A stretch of DNA of 64,000 nt from Marsupella aquatica. Lineage: Eukaryota > Plantae > Marchantiophyta. The position numbers and the translations under genes are program-made. This document shows, in pieces, positions 14,205-25,589 of the stretch. The stretch lies in assembly GCA_973895155.1 (NCBI GenBank), contig OZ316891.1, positions 2,223,324-2,287,323 of the forward strand, given 5' to 3'. The notes under the pieces are model-generated. The model was not told where the DNA came from. It saw only the letters and a program-made list of their open reading frames with translations, and did no database searches. How positions within the stretch are numbered: the first letter of the stretch is position 1; every line of letters starts with the position of its first letter.

Positions 14205-14816
14205 AAGTGAAATTAGTGAACTCCCTGTAATTGTGACCTTGTCCCTCTTACCTCTTGTTATTTCTGTTTTTCTATAAAAAAATGTATCTTGTTATGGGTA
14301 ATATTAATAATTATTAGTTTAAAATCTATAAAACCAACCTTCAAGCGTTCGTACGTACTCCTCATATTAGTTAAGATTGAGGGCTGAGGGTATGTGTGCT
14401 CTGGGCAACAAAGAGCCTGAACTTCCTCTACATTTGGAGACCTGTGCAGCCAACCACTCAGTCCCAGCCCTGGCTTAGAACCATAGGCTATAGTAGTTTC
14501 ATGTCCAATCTCTACTTTAGGTTCATAGTAAGTCTCTTTGTCATAAGCTCCAAAATTAGGATGGGCTGAATCTACACTCACATACTAACATAGACATTTT
14601 CTAGACTTTTGATTGATCATAGGTACTTGAATTACCTTAGTTTGCAAAGTAAATCATGTGATTGACATATTAAGTGAAGCGTAGTCAGTACACACCCACA
14701 TCTCCAATCTTGTGTTGTTGTAAGTTTCATATTGCTAAGTATGTGGTGCTGGTCTACCTTCAATTGAGACTGTGCAATGTGTTCCACAATCATGTGGTGG
14801 CCGATGGACCTGTAAC

Positions 14817-15115
14817 CTCGGGGGTTTCACTTCCACAAAAATGGCATATCACGTGCGACGAAGGATAGGTCATTTTATTGGTTCCAAGGGAAGACTTAAG
14901 AATTTTTGTAGAAGAACAATAGGGTCTTTTTAATTTAATTTTGAGACTTATAAGAACATTATTTAGGGTCCTTTTAATCCAATTTTTAGAATATTTCAAG
15001 AATATTCCAACTTTATAGGGTTTAAAAATTAAATTTTTTTCTTACATTTTAGAGGGTCAGAGGCCTAAAAACGTCGCAGGTGATGGGGAGGTCCCCATAT
15101 AGTGAGACCCCCGAG
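14817..15115 (+). mobile_element. MITE (subtype B), TSD CCTGTAAC/CCTATAAC
   Basis: TIRs ctcgggggtttcact / agtgagacccccgag; 8-bp flanks match 7/8. Confidence 0.85.
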
Positions 15116-15308
15116 CCTATAACATACTGACACAACAATATGCCTACTATAGCAGGTAGTGGTGGCGGCATGGTCCATACCCATCATTGTGTTGCTCTAC
15201 CCTAAGAAGGGCGCACCGTGGTGCGGTTGTGGCCGGTGTTCCATACATAACAAGGATTGTACCCATTGCTATATGAGGTTGGTCTAGCCTGAGCTAGTGC
15301 TACGCTAT

Positions 15309-16630
15309 GGGTATAACACAATTTTGGACGGACCAAGAAGGGTGTCACACTTCTCGTTTAGCCCAATTCTATTTTTATTTCTAAGGCAATGCAAACTCCA
15401 ATAAAATGTGTGCCGAATCGAAAAAAAACATCAATTATGGATATTGCATCATCGCGAGAATGCAGGCAATGATACGTGCATTGGGCTTTACATTTGTAAC
15501 TTTTAAAAGTCACCCAAAGTCCCAATTGCAAGTAACTTGGTCCCAACCACGTAATCAAGGGTCGACCATGCACTAACCCTGGTTAGTGCAAAGTTAACCA
15601 TGGTTTGCAAGAAAAATTAATCAACCATGGTTAGAGCATTCCCTATATAAGGAGGATCAAGGTGGCCACAAAAGTTTTGTTCTCCGCCACATCAAGCAAC
15701 ATCTGTCTTAAAGTAAATACCAAACTCCTATCAAGTCTTACATTCAGGATTGTCAGGTTATTTGAATCTTTCTCTCAAAAACCCGATAAATTTATCGGAA
15801 CTTGCATTCGGGTTTGAGTATTATCAATGTAAGGTAAATTGTTATTCATTCATTGTCAATGTGAGAGGTCCAGTGAACATGTGATAAATTTATTGCAATC
15901 CGCATTCCTTTGTTGGATTTAGGATTCCAACAAACAGGCGATAAACTCGGGGGTTTCATTTCCACAAAAATAACACATCATGTGCGACAAAGGATAGGGT
16001 CATTTGATTGGTTTGAAGGGAATACTTAAGAATTTTCTTAGAAGAACAATAAGGTCTTTAAAATCCAATTTTGAAATTTATAAGAACATTAGGATCTTTT
16101 AAATCCAATTTTGAGATTTATAAGAACATTAGGGTCTTTCTAACCAAATCACTTTATAGGGGTTGAAAAATATATTTTTCTTACATTTTAGAGGATCCAA
16201 GGCTTAAAAACGTTGCAAGTGATGGGGGAAACATCCATATAGCGAGACTCTCAAGGCGATAAATTTATCGCAATCCGCATTCCTCTCTTAGATTCAGGAT
16301 TGTAGTCAACATGTGATAATTTTATCACAGTTCGCATTCCTCTGTTGGATAACATGTGATAAATTTATCGCATTCGGCATTCGTTTGTTAGATTTAGGAT
16401 TCCAACAAACTTTTGAGAAGTTATTGCAATCTGTATTTCTCTGTTTGATTCAGAATCCCAGAGAACATGCGATAAATTTATCACAATCCACATTCCTTTT
16501 TGGATTATGGATCTTAGAGGACATGCAATTTAGTATTCCTTTGTTTGGTTAGGGATTGAAGTTGGGATAAGTTTATCTAGGTTAGATTGGCTAAAAGTTG
16601 ACAATGAAAAGTTTATTGCAATCCGCATTT
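15309..16630 (-). mobile_element. Second, inverted and more decayed copy of the CGATAAATTTATCG-rich element
   Basis: About 15309-15900 resembles the reverse complement of about 13640-14204 (e.g. ttctcgtttagccc, aaccatggtt, ccgataaatttatcgg); palindrome units continue to about 16630; right border uncertain. Confidence 0.6.
15946..16255 (+). mobile_element. MITE (subtype B), TSD GCGATAAA
   Basis: Starts ctcgggggtttcatt and ends gcgagactctcaag; gcgataaa at 15938-15945 and 16256-16263. Confidence 0.85.
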
Positions 16631-16816
16631 CCAACTTTTGTTTTAGTGCTAGGGAGAAGGGTGCCATTATACCTTTAGTCTAGAGATTGGTGTGAGAGTG
16701 TAATAACTTTATTGTTGTATACATTCCGCATTTTGGTTACGTCTTAAAGAAAGAGACGGCTTGACCACATGACAACTTCATGTTGACATGATGTTGGACA
16801 AAAATGAGAAAGGTGA

Positions 16817-17395
16817 CCAACCAGGAGTACCCAAAATAGAAGGAGGAATGAAAGTTCCAATACATTTATATATTGTTGTTTGGATTCTAAAGATTGAAAT
16901 TGTTTTATCATTTTAGAAAGTTAAAAAACTAAGAATGATAGTAGTCTACACAGATAATCATGTTTGGATTCATTTTGAAGCCCTCACTGAGCCCAATCCT
17001 AATACTGGTGTTATGTTGTCCATATTATCTTTACATACAAGGTAATAATAAGGATAAGGTTTATTACTCAAAACCTCATGCTAATGGATCTAACCTCGAG
17101 GGGCCAACCAGGAGTACCCAAATATATATAAGGAGGAATGAAAATTTTGATAAATTTATCATTGTTTGGATTCCAAAGATTGATATTGTTTTATTATCAT
17201 AAAAAGTTACAAAACTAATAATGATTGTCATGTTGTTTGTGAGTCTGAACATATAGGTATGTTTGGACTCATTTTGAAGCCCTCATTGAGCCCAATCTAA
17301 CACTAGTGTAAGTTATTTTGTCCATGCTATCTTCCAATACAAGGTAATAATATGAATATGTTTTGTCACTCAAAATTTGTTGCGAGCGCATCTAA
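16817..17395. repeat. Diverged tandem duplication, about 287-bp unit x2
   Basis: ccaaccaggagtacccaaa...aaggaggaatgaaa...ttttgaagccctca.tgagcccaatc...atacaaggtaataat at about 16817 and about 17104. Confidence 0.8.
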
Positions 17396-17809
17396 CAAAT
17401 TAGATCATGGACCCCCTTAACTTAGGGTTCACTTGAGCTAATATATGATCCACAAGAAGTTATGGTGGCAGATGGGGTCTGGGCACACAATCACTAAAAA
17501 GCTATGCTGGCAAATGGAGCAAGGGCACGCATAGAGTTTTATCCATATCTTGAGATAGGGGTTCGAAAAGGTCAAGGAGTATCCAGTTTACCAGGCATTG
17601 AATGACATTATGGCACCCTAATGCTATGGTAGACGTGTGACTGACTGAATAGCTCAAAGCAATTTCTTAAATAGTAATATATGCAACTTGTTGCTCCAGA
17701 TCCACTAGTGTGCATAGCATGAGCCATGATTTGTTCCATACCCATCTATGTGTGGGGCTCGCAATGAGGCTTGGCAACCGGCAGAGTACGGTGAGATGTA
17801 CCCAACATG

Positions 17810-18110
17810 CTTGGGGGTTTCACTTCAATCCACAAAAATGCACATCATGCACGACGAATGATAGAGTCATTTTATTGGTTCTAAGGGAAGGTTTAATAAT
17901 TCTCTCAAAAGAATAACAGGGTCTTTTAAATCCAATTTTGAGACTTATAAGTACATTAGGGATTTTTCTCAAATTTTTAGAATATTCCAAAAATATTCCA
18001 ACTTTGTAGGGATCAATAAATAATTAATTTTCTTACATTTTAGGGTTTTCTAGGCCTGAAAATTAACATCGCAAGTGATGGGAAGGCCTCAATATAGTGA
18101 GACCCCCAAG
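17810..18110 (+). mobile_element. MITE (subtype B), TSD CCAACATG
   Basis: TIRs cttgggggtttcact / agtgagacccccaag; ccaacatg at 17802-17809 and 18111-18118. Confidence 0.88.
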
Positions 18111-18978
18111 CCAACATGTGGTGCTGCTCCATACCCACCACTTTGCTCACCAACAACTGTTGTTCCATTCCAACATACTATTCCATACCAATATATGTGT
18201 GACTGGGGTTTTACCTGAAGCTAGAGGCGAATGTGCCCAGCAGGCGTGACTGGCCTTGTCCCATACGCAATGTACTGCACCATCCTTTGATCATGCTCCG
18301 GATGTTGCCATAATGTTCCATGATTGTACCCTAAGAATGATGTTCACCTTGACTTGCATGCAAGAATATGACATGGTCAAACGTCTATGCTACTAAGAAT
18401 AACGGCTTGCTCCACCCCAACCCATAATTATGAGCATTTCAAAAGGGATGCAATAGCTACTTCTTTACTTGAATTCTGCTAGGCTACATCCATGACAGGC
18501 TGGATGACCACTGTTAGTTGTTGATATTCTTCATTGTCTGCATCCTAGCCTATTCTTCCTCTAGACAGTTTTTAGATAATCTGTCTTATGCTTGTCAATA
18601 GGTTCAACATCTTGCCCATCACCACCAAAATTTGATTGAATTACCTTAATTTGCTGAAGCCTCTCACTTTGTTGCCAAGGTCCACAGTCATGTACTTTCA
18701 CTAATTAATGCTATGCTTGACATTCTTTTGCCCTACACTTCTCTTGTGTGAGAGCTTGCATGGTATCCAAATCAGGACCATTCAAGAATTTGATAAACAA
18801 ACCAGTACTAATGATCAAAAATGAAGAAAGTTGGAATTAGTGGATGATCATTGTACATTCCTTGGGTTACAATTTAAATTAATCCATGGACCCCCATGTT
18901 CCAAATTGTTACGGACCCTGGAATTGGCTCATCTTGATATGGGGATCCCTAACGATATGCTTTGGAAGATGAGCCAAT

Positions 18979-19261
18979 CCACAAAAGTGGCACATCACCT
19001 ACAACAAAGTATAGGCCCATTTAAAGCGGTATGGCCAAAGACTTCCAAGTTTAATATGTGGAGTAACAAATAAGTCTATTAATTTGTAAAAACTATTTTC
19101 ATTAAACTAAGTTTTTAGGAGTTTTTAAGTAAAAAATTGCAAAATTTAAAGAAAGAAAGCCAGGGTGTTGCAAATAACTATTTTACTTATAAATTAGGGG
19201 GTCACTCAAGCCCTAAACATTGCACGCAATGTATTGCCCTCTATATTGCGACCCCCCTGAG
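18979..19261 (+). mobile_element. 5'-truncated, diverged MITE (subtype A)
   Basis: Colinear with 8865-9174 (gtggcacatcac...gtataggcccatttaaa...ttagggggtca...gacccccctgag). Confidence 0.7.
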
Positions 19262-20223
19262 ATTTTTGATAGGCCTTGTTTATTTCAGGATGGAATTTTA
19301 ATTTGTTGTGTATAAATAAATAATTAAATAAGCCTGGTAAGTAAGGGCAACAAAACTATTGATTTTTACTTAGAGAGGGTCCAGACCCAAAAACATTGCA
19401 CATGATGTAGGACCTTCTGACGTCAATGACCCCCCAAGCCTAGAAGGGTTCTCTCAAGAGATCGATGTGAGATAAGTTATAGAGATTGAAGTCAATTGTC
19501 ACCTAGCTAAGGTCAATCACAACACTCATCAAGGGTGAAATGAGTGGTCCAGATCCATTATCTTGGCCTGGATTTGTTGTTACTTTATGACACCATTATG
19601 AGTATTAGAGTATATCTTGTGGTCTGAGTTTAGAGATACCATGTGTGTTATTTGAGCACTTTAGGGTTTCTATACCTTTGGAGGGATAGTTATCCCTTTG
19701 TGGTGTCTTGAAGGCCTCATCTTTCGATGTTGAGCCTTTAAGCATGAGCTTTGGCGGCTATGGTGGCCAGCTGGGCAGATTTGTATGCATGTAACACATA
19801 TTCCTTGAAGCACAAGGTGTCAAGTGTCTCGCTTGATATTTTTGTGTGATTGGATTGTGTCTTGTTTACTATGATCATTGTTTGATTCATTGAACATTAT
19901 TGTGGGTTTTGGACATGTGTGAACATGAGTTTCATTTGTATTTTATTCTCTTATGTTTGTTTGTGCCTATGCATGGATGTGTGTGAAAAGCAATGTAGGT
20001 TGTGTAGCGACATGAATGCACACAACACCTCGCCCCCCTAACTCCACCTGTGCAAAGCACAATTTTGTGAACCGTGTCATTGAATAAGAAAAAACAATAA
20101 GACTAGATATACATATTGCCTGTACTAAAATTTTGCATTATGTGAAGAGCCATTGGCCTGTGCTTTGCACACAAGGTACATGAGAAGTACAATCATGACA
20201 ACACTACAACATATTTGACACTT

Positions 20224-20697
20224 TTGCGAAGGTATTGTTGTCGACGCTCTTGTATTTCCGATGGGCGGCGCTTTGCATAATTTGCGAATCAACCCGCATC
20301 GCAATTTGCGATTCTACCCCTATCGCAAATATAATACTTGAAGCGCATTATATCGCTAATACTTTGCGAAGTAAGTGGTTTTGCAAGTTTTACCGAAATG
20401 CGCCGAATGGAAAGGCGCCTTCTAAAGACGGGAAAATCGCTCGCCGACTCCGAAACTAACTCATGTAAATATTTGCGAAGAAGGTTGGATTGAAAATGTT
20501 TTGCGATAGTAGTTGTTTGACAAGTTTAAGAATGTCGGAGGATGGAAGATTTGCGAAACGGTGAGAATATGAAATTTGTGATTGATTTTGCATCACAAGT
20601 TTGCGAAGAGTATAGTATGGAAATATTGAGAAACGAAAAGCTTCATAGAAATTGCAAGTCCGGTGAGAGTTTGTGAGCTTCACAAATTGTTCGCAAA
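20224..20697. repeat. Left subterminal repeats of the outer CACTA (TTGCGA/TCGCAA motifs)
   Basis: Dense ttgcgaa/tcgcaa motifs in both orientations, mirrored at about 48420-48830. Confidence 0.8.
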
Positions 20698-21159
20698 CTA
20701 AAAATTAAGATTATTGTGAGGTGAGACAATGAAGAGGGTGGATGGTCCAATATATGGATGGGGCAGGAGGGAAGAGGAAGGGAGGATGGAGGGAGGTACA
20801 ATGAAGGATGGAAAAGGGAGGGAGTACAATGGAAGAGGAAGGATGGAGGAGAAAGAGGAAGGGAGGAGGGACAGACGTACCACGGAGGAGGGAAACACGA
20901 GGGTGAGAATGAAAATTATGGAATAAGTAGGAAATAAAGTTATATTGAGCAATAGAGGTTAGATAGAAAGTTGCATGTAAAATTCACAAGTGATCACAAT
21001 AAAACAATACAATACATATGTCATGAGTATGACTCATTCAAAAGTGAATGACAAATATAAATATAGACAATACTTTTTTTTATATCACCAAACATGAACA
21101 AATCAAATATAACATGAACAAATGTCTAGGCTGGACCCAAGTGCATATAAATATGTCCC

Positions 21160-21195
21160 TCACACTTGGTCCTCATCGGCCTCAAGGTCATCTAG
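21160..21195 (-). pseudogene. Displaced C-terminal codons (LDDLEADEDQV*) of the outer transposase
   Basis: Removing 21199-36240 and one GTC joins ...KPDVIVSD in frame to LDDLEADEDQV-TGA (stop at 21160-21162). Confidence 0.85.
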
Positions 21196-21239
21196 GTCCA
21201 CTAGTACAAAATAGGGTTCTAAAAGACTGCAACAAAGAC

Positions 21240-21970
21240 TAAAAACCCAGTCATTTTTACCAAGTAATGACTGGTCCAAAACAGTCTTTCCGGTCGAGTA
21301 CTAACGGACATTTTAGTCACAGTCATTCGTGACAAATGACTAAAACTACTTTGGTCATTTAAAGCGTTGCATAAATGACAGAAAGTCCATAATGACTACA
21401 AATCCAAAATGACTAGTTAGACGGCCGTCAGTCATTTAGAGACGTCTTAAATGACGCAACATTAACTAATAGTATCACAACACGTGGCGTCAAAATGTTC
21501 ATCGATGTGACTATTTAACGAGTCATATAAGACAAGTCGTAAATGACGTAAAATATAGAACAAATGAGAGTGCGCCACGTGGTGGATTGTGACCCTTTAA
21601 GTTAATGAATTTTAAGTCATTTTGGACATACGAAATGACAAAATGACATAAGAAATGACAGAATAACAGTGAATAACAATGGGCCACGTGCAGTCATTAG
21701 GATATCCGAAATGACAAGCCATTTGACCAAACGTTGGCAAATGCTAATTTGACACATGGAGTCATTTTAGACATATTTGAGTAACTATCTAAATGACAAA
21801 GACATAGATAAAGACAATATTACACGTGTAGTCATATGGGTAGTCAATTGTATTGTCATTTTGGTAGCCAATTATAATGTCATTTTGGTAGTCCATTGCA
21901 AGTGTCATTTAAGGTGTCATTTCGATAATACATCCAAGGCGTCATAGAAGATATCATTTAGATTGTCACA
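21240..21970. repeat. Left subterminal repeats of the inner CACTA (AATGAC/GTCATT)
   Basis: Numerous aatgac/gtcatt motifs; the same motif saturates about 32620-36215. Confidence 0.8.
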
Positions 21971-22302
21971 TTGGGTTTAGGGTTTAGGGACAAGAGACTC
22001 AAGAACAAGAGACTCGCATCCAAAAATGCTTTCGCAACAATTTGAGAAGGTCCTCTGAACAACAATGTCAACTCTATGACCATGCCATCATACCAAGAGA
22101 CTGTGCTACATTTCAGAATCATATGAATGAAATACAAAAATATTTACTATATATTGCCTTTAGTGGACAAGTACACAAAAAACACCTCACTGTTCCACAG
22201 AAGTCTATAACTCTGCAAATAACATAGATGAAGATGTTCTTTTCATGTACACTTCAACAAAATTGAGACCAAAATTTCAAGAGAGCTGGCCTGATCTACA
22301 AT

Positions 22303-25300
22303 CTAATACTTTCGAAGGTATCTAGAATTCCATAAAGCATTCATCCCTTTCACATCCCCTAAACATATTTGCTTCTCCTCTGCATTTGGAATTGGCAAAG
22401 CCGCTTCAGGACAAAACACTTCCTTCACACTTACACGAATAAAAGGACTCTCAAACGAGGCACAATGAAACCGATCTTCTCCTGGCAGCCCTGTAACTTG
22501 AGCCAATGCAAGTACAGAGCGGTCCACAATGCTTCTTAACTCAACAACATCTCCTCGCATAAACTGTTAATGTCAACCACACTTCAATTAGTATTTACTG
22601 ATACAAAACAGATAGAGAGACAACACAACTGAAACTTACTATGCAAAAAAATAATACAATTTCATTACCTTTGCCGTTGGGTTTGGAGAGACTACTGGTA
22701 CACGATGTACACTAGGCGAGACAGGAACAAAACTTGATTTCTTGGACTTCTTTGATTTCTTCAGTGGTGTTGCATGTTCCTTAGCCACTACATCTGTGGT
22801 TTCTTTCTCAACATCATCTTGCTCCTGCAGGACAGTAATTGGGTTTTCTCGTTGTTCTTGTGCAAGAGATGGCTCTTTCATTGTTATCACGTCAACATTT
22901 GTTCCTTGCAAATCATGATTCTCTCCTGAAGAAATGGTCTTTGCTCCCTGCGATACAGGATTCTCTCCTGAAGAAGCTATGACAATCCAAAACAACCATT
23001 GCTTAGAAAATTGAACTGTAAGAAGAGACCATATTCTGTGCAAGAGATTGGATTTTGTGCAAGTCTAAATGGGCCAAGTTATCAAGTACTTACCAGGGCA
23101 CTCACCAGAGAAAGTCAAAGACCGTTTTCTGCTACTGCCTTTTGGTTCAATAGCAACCTTACTACCACTTGGCAATGATGTAGGTACATCATTGGATTGG
23201 CTTATCTGCCATTGTTGTTGATGCTGTACAATGAAGTTAGTCATCAATGATGTCAAACTCTCCAAACTCTGCTCTATTTTACATATTCGTTGTGGATTAA
23301 CAGGAGCAGTATCCCTTGAAAGTGGAGTCTGCATTCACAAACAGACAAGTTAGTTTTGTGAGTCTGTTGGGAAACAACTAGAGTCCAACAATTTGATAGT
23401 ACTGGGCACAAACTACCATAGTCCAACAACTTAGATATTCAGACATGAATGGGTTTAGGGTTACATACTGCTGATCCATGTGCTGATCCAGGTGCGGATC
23501 CAAGCCCAACAAAACTACCAGGTTGTTCGGCGCTTGCCACACATGGGCTGACAACCACCTTCGGAGCTGAACAAACAGGAATAGGGGCCTTCACCTCTGT
23601 TATACCTGGACTTGCCCCTCTTTGCCGCTTCTGGAAAGAGACAATCAAATACAATCCAAGATAAATGTCAATGAAAGCTAACATCATGGACTATTCTAGC
23701 AAACAGAATATGAGATTCTAGTGGACAATTATAGCAAATAGTAAAATCATGGAATGTTCTTACCAATCGTTTGGCTGCTGCATTAGCACCTCCCCTGCCA
23801 AAATGCTCCATGTTTACCACTTCTGCTCTCCTTGCCTTCATGACAGCGCTCTTTGCAATCAATGCTGGACTTGTGAAATGATCCACTAGTCTTGCCCACT
23901 TCTGTGGATCCAAATATGAGGGTCCAGGTTTGGAACGATCAGCACCACATACCTTCCTCCAATAAGTATGCAACTTGTGACGTTCTCGCTTCAGTAATGT
24001 ACGGCAGTGACTGCTAAATTTCTTGTCACTTATTTTTCCTCCACCAATGTACTCCCAATCAGCATTCATCAATCCCCACACGTCTTCAACAGTCTTTGGA
24101 GATTGTCGGTTCCAATCTGGCACGGAAATGTCAAAACATCTAAGCACAGCGGTACGCAGGTCTTCCATCCAGTACTGTTTATTTGGATGAGAATCGTCAA
24201 TATCATTGTCAAAAACCTGCAAAAACCACCATGATCGATCAATTTCTACACATGAACAAGCACCACAGTTACTGTGTAAATAAAATTGTACACCTTGCCC
24301 TATACTATTTGTAGGGCACGAAAGGACAAAGCTCAACTGACAGTAGATCTGTGGAGTAATTCAAGTCTTACCGCTATTTCTTTGCCCTTCAGGTTTTGAG
24401 ACTTCCTCTGTTGATAAGTAGCATCAAATTTCCTCTTGGCCTGCCTAGACTGCCTACGCTGCTGGGATGGATTGTTGGTGTTCTCTACATTGCAGCTTGC
24501 AAAATTAGATCTCATAATTGTGTAATACACAAAGAAAACTGAACCTTCATGAGTCATGAATGACTTTGACATACCTGAACGTTGAGTAGAGCTCACTACT
24601 CCAGACTGTCCTGATTTTCCGAGGGATGCTGATGGAACCACTAAAAGTCACACCAACCACTCAGGTCATGAGTCTTATTGTTGACATAAATCAACATTAT
24701 TTCACAGAATTTTGAAATTTTGAGGAAATAAAAAATCACAATGCATTGGAAAGCGTTTAGGGTTTCTCACTTTGCCATAGCTCGCCAGTGGTAGGGTCTC
24801 TCCAACATTGCACCATTCCATTCATTGTAGGCCCTACCCTGCTGGGGGCAGGTTGTTTCTCTGCAGACTTATTCTGTGGTTCCTTTTGTACCTCCTGGCC
24901 AAGTAACACACAATGTCTTGTAACTTGATGACATTACTGTTCAACATACATGTTACTCCCTTCAAGGGTATTGAAATAAAACAAGATTACCTTGGACAAA
25001 TTATCTGGTCCATCATCTGCTGTGTACTCAGCCTCAGTGTCGTATTCTGATCCAGAGCCCTCCTCACCAGACTCTTCCATGTTCACTGTCGCAAGCTTTG
25101 ATAATCTAGAGCTCTGCCTTCTCTGTGTGGTTATCTGAGTTGTAGTAGATGCTCGATGTGCACAACTTCTCTTTTTGGGCCCTACCTGTGCTGCACTCTT
25201 TCTAACAAACCAAACATTAATAGATCAACACCATACGAGAGAACATGTGTTCAGCATGGAAGAAACTGATTTGACACAAGAGCAAAGACTGTAATTCAAT

Positions 25301-25430
25301 CCGATTGCAACAGGACAAGTTCATACACACATGAAAAGGCTTGGACTGTCACCAAGTAGCTCTGCCAATTTCTTGTTGATTTCTGCTATGTTCCTATTTC
25401 GTTCCTCCTCATATGGAACGGTAGGCTGCA
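22303..25430 (-). CDS. Multi-exon TnpA/ORF2-like gene of the inner CACTA (Ptta/En-Spm-like region plus TNP1/EN/SPM-like C-terminus); exon limits approximate
   Basis: ORF 23668-24336 has ...RERHKLH...DPQKWARLVDHF...EHFGRGG; ORF 22303-22560 (VELRS...FH...IRVSVKEVFCPEAALPIP...LGDVKGMNALW) resembles the TNP1/EN/SPM domain; GT-AG bounded low-complexity exons lie between. Confidence 0.65.
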
Positions 25431-25589
25431 TTCACAAACTGGAGCATCCATGGATAAAACTTTAGTCTGAATTAAATAAACCAAACATACCCTGATTGTA
25501 ACTAAGCTACAACCTGATTACTTCTTTTTATACTTCCTTTTTCCTTTGTCGGTAGTACTTGGGCCAGGCTGCGATCTACTGGTACAGGC

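Noticed and set aside
20698-20952. ORFs on both strands in the GGA-rich tract
   Set aside because: Low-complexity purine-rich sequence in the CACTA subterminal region that lacks stops by composition.
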